In this document: piece by piece, positions 18,854 through 27,490 of the stretch | Layout: each line of letters begins with the position of its first letter | Position numbering within the stretch: the stretch's first letter is position 1 | Sequence record: LR745208.1 | Reading direction: 5' to 3' (one strand) | DNA length: 64,000 nt | The notes under the pieces: generated by a model | Told to the model about the DNA's origin: nothing | What the model saw: the letters and a program-made list of their open reading frames with translations, nothing else | Database searches by the model: none | Program-made: the position numbers and the translations under genes

Positions 18854-19107
18854 GCCGCACTATCACTTGGGGAACCTTGGCCGAAGGATGCCAGTATGCC
18901 ACTTGGCACGGGTGGGGGATCTCTGTAACTCGGAGGTACCCAAAGGGCTGGTCTATTGAGTTGCGCCGTGGCAAGAAGGCGTCCCCAGGACGTGTCACCC
19001 TGGACTCTCACCTGTCTGCCCGGTACTCCGAGGCATATGCGATGAAGTGGGCCGAGAAGGTTGTTCGAGCACTCAACCGTGCGCTCAAGAAGGACCAGAA
19101 GCGATGA
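18850..19107 (+). CDS. hypothetical protein
   Basis: ATGA overlap. Confidence 0.65.
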   Translation: MSRTITWGTLAEGCQYATWHGWGISVTRRYPKGWSIELRRGKKASPGRVTLDSHLSARYSEAYAMKWAEKVVRALNRALKKDQKR

Positions 19108-19463
19108 CTATAACCGTTACTGTTTCCCATATCCACGATGTGTTCGCAGCCCGTGCCAACCATTGGGCGCTTACCACCATTGACAATGCGTTCTTCAATT
19201 CGCGTGACAGGTGGGTGGGGGTCGAAGAGGGTCCACTCACGTTCCAATTCACTGACCGGGATGCATTCCTCAACTACTTGACTGAGGGGTACCTGAAGGC
19301 ATTTGGGCGGTTCACTTCCGCAGGGGAGTCCTGTGATGAGATAGAGAAGGTTCTCTCCGATCCCCACTACCAGAAGAAGTTCGCCTCAGTGGGATGGGTA
19401 CTCAACATGGCAGGCACCCATGGTCGGGTTGAGTACAACTGGTGGTTCAAACGGTGCGAGTAG
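19104..19463 (+). CDS. hypothetical protein
   Basis: ATGA overlap. Confidence 0.65.
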   Translation: MTITVTVSHIHDVFAARANHWALTTIDNAFFNSRDRWVGVEEGPLTFQFTDRDAFLNYLTEGYLKAFGRFTSAGESCDEIEKVLSDPHYQKKFASVGWVLNMAGTHGRVEYNWWFKRCE

Positions 19464-19464
19464 T

Positions 19465-20316
19465 TTAGTCGATCACTTCAACGTGGGTGATCTTCACTTT
19501 GTGGGGATCGAACACGGCCACTTCGGGGACACCACTCACGAGGTCTGACCCGTAGTAGATGACCGAATCATAGCCCCGGCTTTTGGCCCTTTTGGCCTGA
19601 GCCTTGCTGGATGTGATGAGGGTATTGAAGACGGTAGCCACAACCGTATAGACCTTGGGGCGGTAGGCCGATGAGTCCAGGCCCACCTCATCCAAGGTGT
19701 CGTAGAGGTAGCCGGGAGCCCCAGTCGGTGCCCCACCAAACATGTCCAGTGGGGACTCCCCACTCCCAAGGGGCTTTACCTTGCTACCAATGATGTACCC
19801 GGCAACGTCATTGATAGAGTTTGGGTCTACTCCCAAGAACTTCTCAAATCCCATTGTGTCGAGGGTCCCTTGACCTGGAGTAGGATTGTCGTTCCAGAAG
19901 CCTGTGGCCCGAGGATACGTCTCCCATGCGTCAACACCCCCTTTGTAAAGGGCCTCCAGCATCCCACCGGCATTGCGGTTCTGGCTCTTGAGATCATCAA
20001 TGATTGAGGGGTCGAACCCAATGTTGCGGTTGGCCTCTGCGTACTTCTCAGCAACGTGCTTGTAGGGAGTTAGGAAGATTCCCCGGCCGTAAAACTTGTT
20101 GACCAGTTCGTCCCGGCCACGGTTCATGTCAAAGGTCTTGAAGAAAGCCGTGGTGCCATGGTAGAGGGTCGTGGGTTTCCCCTCAGGGAGCCCCTCAAGG
20201 TCATAGTTGGATAGGTTGAGAGTCTTGGCTCCCTGGAGGAGATGCCGGAAGGCAACCTTGATGGGACTGGCCTGAGGGCTCATTAGGTGTCCAACAGGGC
20301 CATTTTCGTGAGCCAT
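19465..20316 (-). CDS. ADP-ribosyltransferase-like protein with KVAFRHL leader
   Basis: LYHGT..FD..GRGIFLT..AEKYA, GYDSV, EVAVFDP. Confidence 0.6.
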   Translation of the reverse strand: MAHENGPVGHLMSPQASPIKVAFRHLLQGAKTLNLSNYDLEGLPEGKPTTLYHGTTAFFKTFDMNRGRDELVNKFYGRGIFLTPYKHVAEKYAEANRNIGFDPSIIDDLKSQNRNAGGMLEALYKGGVDAWETYPRATGFWNDNPTPGQGTLDTMGFEKFLGVDPNSINDVAGYIIGSKVKPLGSGESPLDMFGGAPTGAPGYLYDTLDEVGLDSSAYRPKVYTVVATVFNTLITSSKAQAKRAKSRGYDSVIYYGSDLVSGVPEVAVFDPHKVKITHVEVID

Positions 20317-20732
20317 CCAAAGACTTCCCGCTTTGACAGTAGGGCCAGTTCCTTGCGGGTCTTGAGATCAAAAGCTACAAACTGGGCTGCATTCTGCTTC
20401 CCAGTCGTAGGCAGGGCTGCCACGGGTTGCCCTGGTACCCGAAGGATCCATTGACCCTCTAGTTTCTCCCATTTTGCCTGATTGTCCAGGATCGTCTGGT
20501 GCCTCTGGTTCTCTTCCGTACCTGGAGTCTGGAGGTTGTTGTGGTACTGGTCCCGTAGGGCCACCTCCCGTTGCTCACGTCGCAATGCAGATGGCATCCA
20601 TTTGGCAATGGCCTCTTCATCCACGTCCCTCTTTTTGGGGCCACCAGCCGCTTCCTTCAATAGCGGAAGCAATTGCCCACGCAACTCGGGATTGGCATGT
20701 GCCAGACGAATGAGCTTGGAGCGAAGGGTCAT
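20283..20732 (-). CDS. protein with TLRSKLIRLAH leader
   Basis: shared N-terminal motif. Confidence 0.8.
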   Translation of the reverse strand: MTLRSKLIRLAHANPELRGQLLPLLKEAAGGPKKRDVDEEAIAKWMPSALRREQREVALRDQYHNNLQTPGTEENQRHQTILDNQAKWEKLEGQWILRVPGQPVAALPTTGKQNAAQFVAFDLKTRKELALLSKREVFGWLTKMALLDT

Positions 20733-20915
20733 ACTTGGGGGCCTTGGATAGCCAGTTTAGGGTCTTACACCCAAATGTCGGCGATAAGCAACTTCCCGGA
20801 ATGTTGCTTATCGTACACTCTTAACTGGCGAAACCTTGCCTGGACGGGCACCGGGCAACGACTAACCGGCGAATTGTTGCAGGGACCCCTATTCCCCCTA
20901 TCCCCAGCACCCCGT

Positions 20916-21650
20916 ATGCCCCTCGACAAATTGGCAGCATGGCGGATTGCGTACTCCCATTGGGTATCTAGAGTTGCCCGTACCGTTCCAATGTACACGG
21001 ACGAGGCCCTCAAGGTCCTGGGGCTTCCTGCCACAGCCAGTGTTGAGGATGCCAAGAAGGCGTTCCGGACCCTCATAATGATCCACCACCCGGATAGGGG
21101 CGGGGACATCGCCAAGGCTGTACCAATTATTGAGGCCTGGACACAGTTGAAAGATGGGGTCACTATTTCCCGTCCCAACCCCACCTCCGGGACCTACCCG
21201 GGTAGCGGCTACCGTAGTCCACCCCCCAGGACCCGTCCAAGGCCACCACCGCCTCCGCCCCCAAGGCCACCACCAAGGAAGCCCGAGCCGCCCCCAGCAC
21301 AGCCGTCCCAGGGGCCATCCTCCAAGTATCCTCCCCTGAAGGTAACTTGGAAGGAAGCGGAACGGGCAACCAAGGTTCCTAATGGCACGAGTCAACCAGA
21401 AGCCAAGGACCGTCAACGGGCCGAAGACTTGATCAAGAAGGCCGCCAAAGTCCCCGGGTACGCCATTAAGATGAGTGCCTTGGCCAACCAGATGGCCAAC
21501 TCCATTGACAGCGTCGCCAAAGCCCTACGTCGCGGTCGGGCCTTCGAGGACCATGATGAAGTCCCGGGCATTGACATCCATATCATCCGGTCCATGTCCC
21601 AGATCTTCTATACCAGGGCTATGACTCTGGCTAGAGTCGCCGGGGCCTAG
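20916..21650 (+). CDS. DnaJ-domain protein with Pro-rich linker
   Basis: ALKVLGL..KKAFRTL..HHPDRGG. Confidence 0.8.
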   Translation: MPLDKLAAWRIAYSHWVSRVARTVPMYTDEALKVLGLPATASVEDAKKAFRTLIMIHHPDRGGDIAKAVPIIEAWTQLKDGVTISRPNPTSGTYPGSGYRSPPPRTRPRPPPPPPPRPPPRKPEPPPAQPSQGPSSKYPPLKVTWKEAERATKVPNGTSQPEAKDRQRAEDLIKKAAKVPGYAIKMSALANQMANSIDSVAKALRRGRAFEDHDEVPGIDIHIIRSMSQIFYTRAMTLARVAGA

Positions 21651-21655
21651 TCCAA

Positions 21656-22450
21656 ATGGCAGAGTCAATCATTCCTGTGGACCCTAACCCTGCACGGGTT
21701 GCCTTCCGGCATTTGTTGGCCTCCAGACCAATCTATATTGACAAACAGGCCCTTCAGCACTTCGTGCAAACAGACCTCATCCCATCAATCAGCAAATGGT
21801 TGAAACGCCAACCCCAGCAGAATGACCCAATAGGGTCAGTGGACCACATCGCCCAAGCAACCCTTCAGGTTGAGAAGGCAGACCAGAGGAGTTCCGATCA
21901 GGTTCGTGTCCAGATCCATGCCCGATCCTCTAGGAGCAAGGGGGTTGCTGTACTAAGCGGAAGTGCCGGGCGTGCAGCAAGAGAAATCAATGTGTGGATC
22001 AATGGAGCCCTATCCCCCGAGGATTTCCTGGTGCCCACCAAATGGTCGGATCGAATGTCTCCCGTATGGGAGTGCTCCAGTCCAGGGTGCCTCCCCTATG
22101 GCATCTATGCAGTTCTACTCCATGAAGTTACCCACATGGCCGAGGTGGCCCCGCCATCTCTTTCCTACAATCCCAGAGACGTGATTGAAAAAGGGGAGGC
22201 TGTTTGGGAGGGTTACATCAATGACCCAGGTGAAGTCCGGGCCTTCATGCAGGAAGTGGTGGATGCAGCAGAGCGTTTAGCCCCTAAACTCCGGGTTCAC
22301 ATGCGCTCCAATCAGCAACTCATGGAAACAGTGCTTACCCTGACAACCACTTGGTCCATTATTGAGAAGCACCTCAAACCTAGGGAGAGGGTCAAGATAC
22401 TCAAAGCAGTCTATGAAGTATTAGATCGAAAGGGGCTGCTGCTTGAGTGA
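21656..22450 (+). CDS. HExxH metallopeptidase-like protein with RVAFRHL leader
   Basis: LLHEVTH, YINDPGEVRA. Confidence 0.65.
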   Translation: MAESIIPVDPNPARVAFRHLLASRPIYIDKQALQHFVQTDLIPSISKWLKRQPQQNDPIGSVDHIAQATLQVEKADQRSSDQVRVQIHARSSRSKGVAVLSGSAGRAAREINVWINGALSPEDFLVPTKWSDRMSPVWECSSPGCLPYGIYAVLLHEVTHMAEVAPPSLSYNPRDVIEKGEAVWEGYINDPGEVRAFMQEVVDAAERLAPKLRVHMRSNQQLMETVLTLTTTWSIIEKHLKPRERVKILKAVYEVLDRKGLLLE

Positions 22451-22454
22451 TGCT

Positions 22455-22645
22455 TGATGCTACTTGGGGTGACGATTTCCCGCCCCAACGGTTCCCTCGG
22501 GGTGTAAGCTAGGCAAGGTCTGGAGCCACGAGCAAAACACGCTGCATGGATAGGTCACCCGTTCCCATCATGGAACACTTCGGCCGTCCCGATTTGGGTT
22601 CAACGCGGGGATTAGATACCCCCGGTGCGCGAGAAGACCTTTCAA
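22455..22645 (+). ncRNA. candidate structured RNA containing 16S helix-24-like hairpin
   Basis: ORF-free gap, several stems, GGGATTAGATACCCC at 22607-22621; strand uncertain. Confidence 0.35.
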
Positions 22646-22679
22646 TTCTTGGACAACCCTGCAATATTCTTGGACACAC

Positions 22680-23273
22680 ATGCAATTCACTCCTCCTGAA
22701 GAACAGTGGTCAATCATCATCGACACGGACAGCTACTCGGGTAACTTCGAACGTGAGATGGGGGCCTACATCACCGGTCTGGAAACAATTCGAGGGGAAG
22801 ACTTGATCCACGACTTCCGAGAGGCTCATGGTGTCAACCGAAAGGAACGGAACGTCTACTGGAACGATGACCCCAGGAACCCCCTAGCTGAAGTTTTTAT
22901 GGAGTGGCCTGGGGAGCATGGCGATGAGCTGGCCCACATCTGTCCAACTCCCGGCTATGGGAACAACGGGCATGGAGAGCACAAGAAGCTCTCGGAGCTG
23001 ACCCCCGCCAAAGCCGAGAAGTACCTCTGTCCCGCCTACCAATCGGTCCAGCTTCGAACCAATGAGAAACCCACGGACGAGCAAGTGAAGCTCATCAAGG
23101 AATGGGCCTACAAATTTGCTGCCAAAACCCAGGACCCTAAGCCCACTCTCGCGGAATACGAGAAGAGTGGCCGGGATAACCACCCCTTCTACTTCCAGCA
23201 ACCCATCAAAATTATTGGGTTCCGTCTCCAGTGTGACAGAATGACAACTGAGGAGACCAATCTTGGACCCTGA
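22680..23273 (+). CDS. hypothetical protein
   Basis: 197 aa ORF. Confidence 0.75.
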   Translation: MQFTPPEEQWSIIIDTDSYSGNFEREMGAYITGLETIRGEDLIHDFREAHGVNRKERNVYWNDDPRNPLAEVFMEWPGEHGDELAHICPTPGYGNNGHGEHKKLSELTPAKAEKYLCPAYQSVQLRTNEKPTDEQVKLIKEWAYKFAAKTQDPKPTLAEYEKSGRDNHPFYFQQPIKIIGFRLQCDRMTTEETNLGP

Positions 23274-23655
23274 CCAGTATACCCTTCAAGCTCGAAGGCT
23301 CCTCCAGGAGACCGATTGGGAAACCCTCGTTGCGAAGATCGCCCAAGCCATCCAAGAGGCCCGTACTAATGCCTTCTCGGAATGCGTGGAAACGGTCCGG
23401 GACTTCTGCCATAGCACGAAAAGCCCTGGGGGTAGTGAGGTGGCTTCCCGTATCCTCGAATCACTTGGCAGCCGGTCTGGCAATGATGGTACGGCCTTCA
23501 CGCACACCGCCTCCCTACGTGCCGCCCAAGAACTCAACTACATGTTCGTCCAATGCCAGCATTGTGGTCACGTGGACGTTCAATGCCAACTCACCAAACC
23601 AATTCCCAGGCCTCAGCCCACGATGCCAGAGGGGTCCTGGGATGATGAAGACTAA
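23263..23655 (+). CDS. hypothetical protein
   Basis: overlapping ORF. Confidence 0.6.
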   Translation: MDPDQYTLQARRLLQETDWETLVAKIAQAIQEARTNAFSECVETVRDFCHSTKSPGGSEVASRILESLGSRSGNDGTAFTHTASLRAAQELNYMFVQCQHCGHVDVQCQLTKPIPRPQPTMPEGSWDDED

Positions 23656-23878
23656 ACGACCCACCGAAAAGGCTCTTGACCAAATCCATTCTCTGAGCCA
23701 GGAGATGGAACGGCTGATTGCTAATGGGGATTGGACCCAAGCTGAGTTCAATAGGCTGCGTCATGAGGCTCATGCCATTGTACCGGATTTTGCAGATGTC
23801 CACAGCTTCCTAATTCGAGCCGCCCACCCGGACTGGCTAGGTCCAGCCTACAGGGCAAGACAGGACCCCGATGACTAG
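23642..23878 (+). CDS. hypothetical protein
   Basis: 3' part of ORF 23330..23878. Confidence 0.55.
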   Translation: MMKTKRPTEKALDQIHSLSQEMERLIANGDWTQAEFNRLRHEAHAIVPDFADVHSFLIRAAHPDWLGPAYRARQDPDD

Positions 23879-24128
23879 CTGGCATGTTCGACACATCCCC
23901 AAAGGCCAACTCGGGAACCTCTCCAAGATCGCTGAAGAGCTGGAGGAGGCCCTGGACGCCGAAGAACAGGGCCAAGACCTCATGCTCATGTTCGAGCTCT
24001 CAGATATCATCGGGGCCTGCGGGCTAGTGGCAGCCCGCTACGGAATGACCCTGGACCAACTCGTCACCTTCTCAAAACTCCGCAGCGAAGTGGCTATAGC
24101 TGATGCTGGACCTGTCCCAAATCCGTAA
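23871..24128 (+). CDS. MazG-like NTP pyrophosphatase
   Basis: KIAEELEEA..ELSDIIGA. Confidence 0.7.
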   Translation: MTSWHVRHIPKGQLGNLSKIAEELEEALDAEEQGQDLMLMFELSDIIGACGLVAARYGMTLDQLVTFSKLRSEVAIADAGPVPNP

Positions 24129-24695
24129 CGGGGTTTTCTTCCCGGACGCTGAAACCTCAGCGTTGGAGCAGGACCTGTTTGCCGACATGGCACCATCCCA
24201 CACAACAAGACCTTCCCGACCCGGGGCTTCACCCTATCAGGGTCAGCCGAACAGGGGATCCTTGAACGGTTCAGGGGCCAGAAGGTATCGCCCCAACTCC
24301 TCTATGCCAAGAACCAATGCTTCCGAGAGGAGCCCGTCCTTGAGGGGTTCAAGTGGCTTCGTGAGTTCACCAAGATGGAGCAGTTCGTGTTCTGCTACCA
24401 ACGGGATGCCCATGACCGCTTCGACATGCTCGTAGAGAATGCCACTGCGTTCCTTCAAGCCCACAACATTGAATGGCGTGTTCGGGATGTCACCCACGAG
24501 GACTCCGGATACCACCACCACAAGGTTGACATTGAAGTCCTGACCCAAACCTACGGGTGGCTCGAAACCCATTCCTGTACCTACTACGCCGATGAACAGA
24601 CCAGCCGGTTCAACATCAAGGGCAACCAACACACTCTGTCCAACACCGCCATTGCGTCCCCAAGAATCCTGGTCCCTTTTCTGGAACGGTTGTAA
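24103..24695 (+). pseudogene. seryl-tRNA-synthetase-like catalytic core, frameshifted near 24190
   Basis: frame of 24375 extends upstream through GSAEQGI, CFREE, REFTKMEQF; then KVDIE, ETHSC, HTLSNTAIASPR. Confidence 0.7.
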
Positions 24696-24886
24696 CCCAT
24701 GAGTAAAGAATACAAGGCGGAACTTAGTGCCCGATTGGGCTAGGTTTCCTCCGGTGCCTGAGTGTAACATCCTGCATGAGCACCCAAGAAGCAATTGTAC
24801 TGGTTGTATTGATTTTGACGATGGGCACGGTCATGGGCATCAATGCCTGGAAGGGCACCGGCTCTTGGTGGGGCTGAGAGGAACCG

Positions 24887-25321
24887 ATGAGTACCATCAA
24901 AGATACTGACAGCTACGTACATATCCAGATGCATGCTTGGTATCCTACCTTGGAGCAATTCCAAGAACTACTGGCGGCGGACTGGAAGGAGGCAGCCCTG
25001 GAGGCGTACTGCCTGGACTACAGCTTCGACGAGAAGACCCGGGAGGAGTACCTGCTCGTCCAGGAATTCACGAAGCTGGTCAGGGAGGCATGTCCGGCCG
25101 GGTTCCAGGTGGGGGTCCATCTGCTGTGGCCTAGAGCCGCCCACTGTGGCGAGGACATCTACGTTGTTGACGGGGAGTTGGACCACAACCGGTGGATGTA
25201 CCATCGCAAGTGCGACAAAGCTGCCCTTATCGAGCGCGGTGGGAAGCTGTGGTGCGCTGGTTGTATGGAGCCGGTAGAGAGGGAGGATACAATGTCCCTT
25301 GAGGAAAAGGCCGGGGCCTAG
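24887..25321 (+). CDS. hypothetical protein
   Basis: 144 aa ORF. Confidence 0.65.
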   Translation: MSTIKDTDSYVHIQMHAWYPTLEQFQELLAADWKEAALEAYCLDYSFDEKTREEYLLVQEFTKLVREACPAGFQVGVHLLWPRAAHCGEDIYVVDGELDHNRWMYHRKCDKAALIERGGKLWCAGCMEPVEREDTMSLEEKAGA

Positions 25322-25322
25322 T

Positions 25323-25368
25323 CGATTTTGCTAAAAATTGTGCTCCCCGTGCCGATAGGGTATTGAGA
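25323..25368 (+). promoter_or_regulatory. sigma28-type promoter cassette
   Basis: motif copy; heads 19-codon ORF 25373..25432. Confidence 0.8.
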
Positions 25369-25437
25369 AGCGATGGAGAAGGTCCTTCGCGAGCGTGGCT
25401 GGAAGGTCACCTGCTACTACCAGATCGACTGAGGGGA

Positions 25438-25749
25438 ATGACAATGAGCCCGACCACTTGGCCTTGCAGTTGTACCAAGACCCACCCAATCACCAAGCTC
25501 GAATGTGAGAGCTGTGGGGATCCACGCCCAGCGTTCCTGCCCGAGGATGACACCCATGCTCGCGACAAGGCCCGGGAGTACATCGCTAGGGCTGGCTTCA
25601 ACGTCGTTGAGGCTCAGGCGTTCGCGCTCCGGAACGGGATCCCCGTAGCCCAGTCTCGGGCGGTTGCTGAGATGACCCGGGAGCTGGAAGACACCGTTCG
25701 CAGGTACGGGACACAGGCTGGGTTTATCTTCGAGTGGTCACAGGTCTAA
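25438..25749 (+). CDS. hypothetical protein with zinc-ribbon-like N-terminus
   Basis: WPCSC..CESCG. Confidence 0.65.
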   Translation: MTMSPTTWPCSCTKTHPITKLECESCGDPRPAFLPEDDTHARDKAREYIARAGFNVVEAQAFALRNGIPVAQSRAVAEMTRELEDTVRRYGTQAGFIFEWSQV

Positions 25750-25753
25750 GGGT

Positions 25754-25799
25754 CGATTTCGCTAAAAAGTCCCCTTCCCGTACCGATAGGGTTGTGAGG
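25754..25799 (+). promoter_or_regulatory. sigma28-type promoter cassette
   Basis: motif copy. Confidence 0.8.
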
Positions 25800-25807
25800 T
25801 AGCAGTC

Positions 25808-26122
25808 ATGAAAGACACTCTTCATTTCTATGGACAGGGTAATGTGGTGACGGATTGCCTTCGGCCTATCGGGGCAGATACTAAGAAGACCCAGGATGTT
25901 TTGCAGGTCACCTGCAAGGCATGTCAGAAGACACATACCTTCAAGGCATCCTTCCGGTTCCAATACGGGGTACGGATTGTGGTGGGAGACCGGGTCCGTG
26001 TTATCTCAACCCAAGAAGTGGGGGAGGTAATCGGATTCTGTCCCGAGGGGGTTCCCTACACGGTTCAGTTCAAGTCCGGGGAAACTGCCCGGCTCATGGG
26101 ACATGAAATCGAGGTCAAATGA
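25808..26122 (+). CDS. hypothetical protein with SH3/KOW-like C-terminus
   Basis: VGDRVRV..GEV. Confidence 0.7.
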   Translation: MKDTLHFYGQGNVVTDCLRPIGADTKKTQDVLQVTCKACQKTHTFKASFRFQYGVRIVVGDRVRVISTQEVGEVIGFCPEGVPYTVQFKSGETARLMGHEIEVK

Positions 26123-26413
26123 GCACCTGGATCCCCCAGCAAGGCAGCGTGGCCACCAGCGTGCTGCTGCACCGGGATCTCAAGCCCGGCGACCCTCCAG
26201 GACTGCTGGGACTTCGATGCCATCGGCCCCACGGAAACCTCCAAGTCTCCTCTGGTGGTGGTTCACCGGAACGGCATGTTCCTGGGTACCTTCTCGGTGA
26301 TGTCAGGCCACATCCTGCTCACGGCCGAGAAGCAGGTCTCACCGGCATCCCTCAAGGCCGGTCTCAACGTTCTTCAGGCCTTGTGTGTGGCCTGTGCCTG
26401 CATGGCCCAGTAG
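26119..26413 (+). pseudogene. hypothetical gene with +1 frameshift near 26194
   Basis: GC3 bias switches frame at GACCCTCC; second frame ends TAG 26411-26413. Confidence 0.55.
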
Positions 26414-26414
26414 G

Positions 26415-26520
26415 CCCACCCAGTAAGAAAGGTCCAACCCTCACCGGCAAGTTGGGACTAGGAGGACCTGTGGACCTGTAGGGGTTCGACTCCCTTCCCT
26501 CAACAATCCTGTTGGGGGGT
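26415..26520 (+). ncRNA. candidate small RNA with T-arm
   Basis: AGGGG-TTCGACT-CCCTT at 26480-26496 plus flanking stems. Confidence 0.4.
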
Positions 26521-26541
26521 AACCCTTGAAAACAAAGAGCC

Positions 26542-27027
26542 ATGAACCAAAAGAAACTCAACTGCTGGGAGTTCAAGGACTGTGGGCGGAACCGGTCAAG
26601 AGGGCAACAACCCAAACAGGACTTCAAGTGTGGGACCTGTGGAAAAGTATGATCTGACTTCGCTTGCAATAAACGGAAATACTGCTCCCGGAAATGCACC
26701 AATCAAGCCGCTAGAACAGACAGACCCACCTGTCAACAGTGTGGGAAGTCATGTCGTCTTGGACGCAATCGGTTCTGCTCAAAATCCTGTGCAGCCATCT
26801 TCCAGGTGCGACCACCAGCTATGTCTTGGAGTGACTTCTATCGAAAAGCCCAGGCCGCAAATCCAGATCCACAACCTTGTGCCTGCGGGTCCCCAGGCAA
26901 ACACCGGCATCACACAGACTACACTAAACCCGAAGTCGTGGTGTGGTTGTGCGCCCCCTGTCATCTCAAGCACCACCACATTGGAGCCATTAGAGGACAA
27001 CGATTTCGCCCAGACCGCCCGCTTTAA
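26542..27027 (+). pseudogene. zinc-finger/HNH-like gene with in-frame TGA at 26650
   Basis: NCWE start, CxxC and YCSxxC repeats, HH.DY..P..V.WLC..CH..HH. Confidence 0.6.
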
Positions 27028-27487
27028 GTATGCCCCAAAAGCATCTGCCCATGACAGGTTGGCCTACTTGACATGTACCGATAGTTGTCCAGCCCACGAC
27101 ACCGTGGTGCCAGCCAAGGAGGCTAAGGATCGGGCCCCCAACTGCCCCCTGTGCAACCAGCCCCGTGAGGTCTACCAACACCCCACCGTCAAGCCGTATG
27201 GACTCGCCATCTACCACGCCAAGTTGTTGTCCTTGCCCCCACACACCAACCCCATTGCCATTGTCCCCTTCTGTGGAACTGGCATTGAAGCCAAGGCACT
27301 CCTGGATGTTGGGTTCAGGGTCATCGCCATTGATATTGATCCCCGTCACGTTGCCATGACCCAGTACAGGCTAGGTGGGGTGGGGGTAACTGTTGTAGCC
27401 GTTGGGGATGCCCCTCCAGCCACCACCACCACCACCGAAGTCCCCGCCACTGACACCACATCTTTTGAAGACCTACTGGGACTCTAA
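26990..27487 (+). pseudogene. C-terminal fragment of a DNA methylase
   Basis: RFKYAPKAS, HPTVKP, PFCGTG, IAIDID. Confidence 0.65.
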
Positions 27488-27490
27488 CAC

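Noticed and set aside
22607-22621. 16S rRNA gene or fragment
   Set aside because: Match limited to the 15 nt hairpin; flanks are not rRNA.
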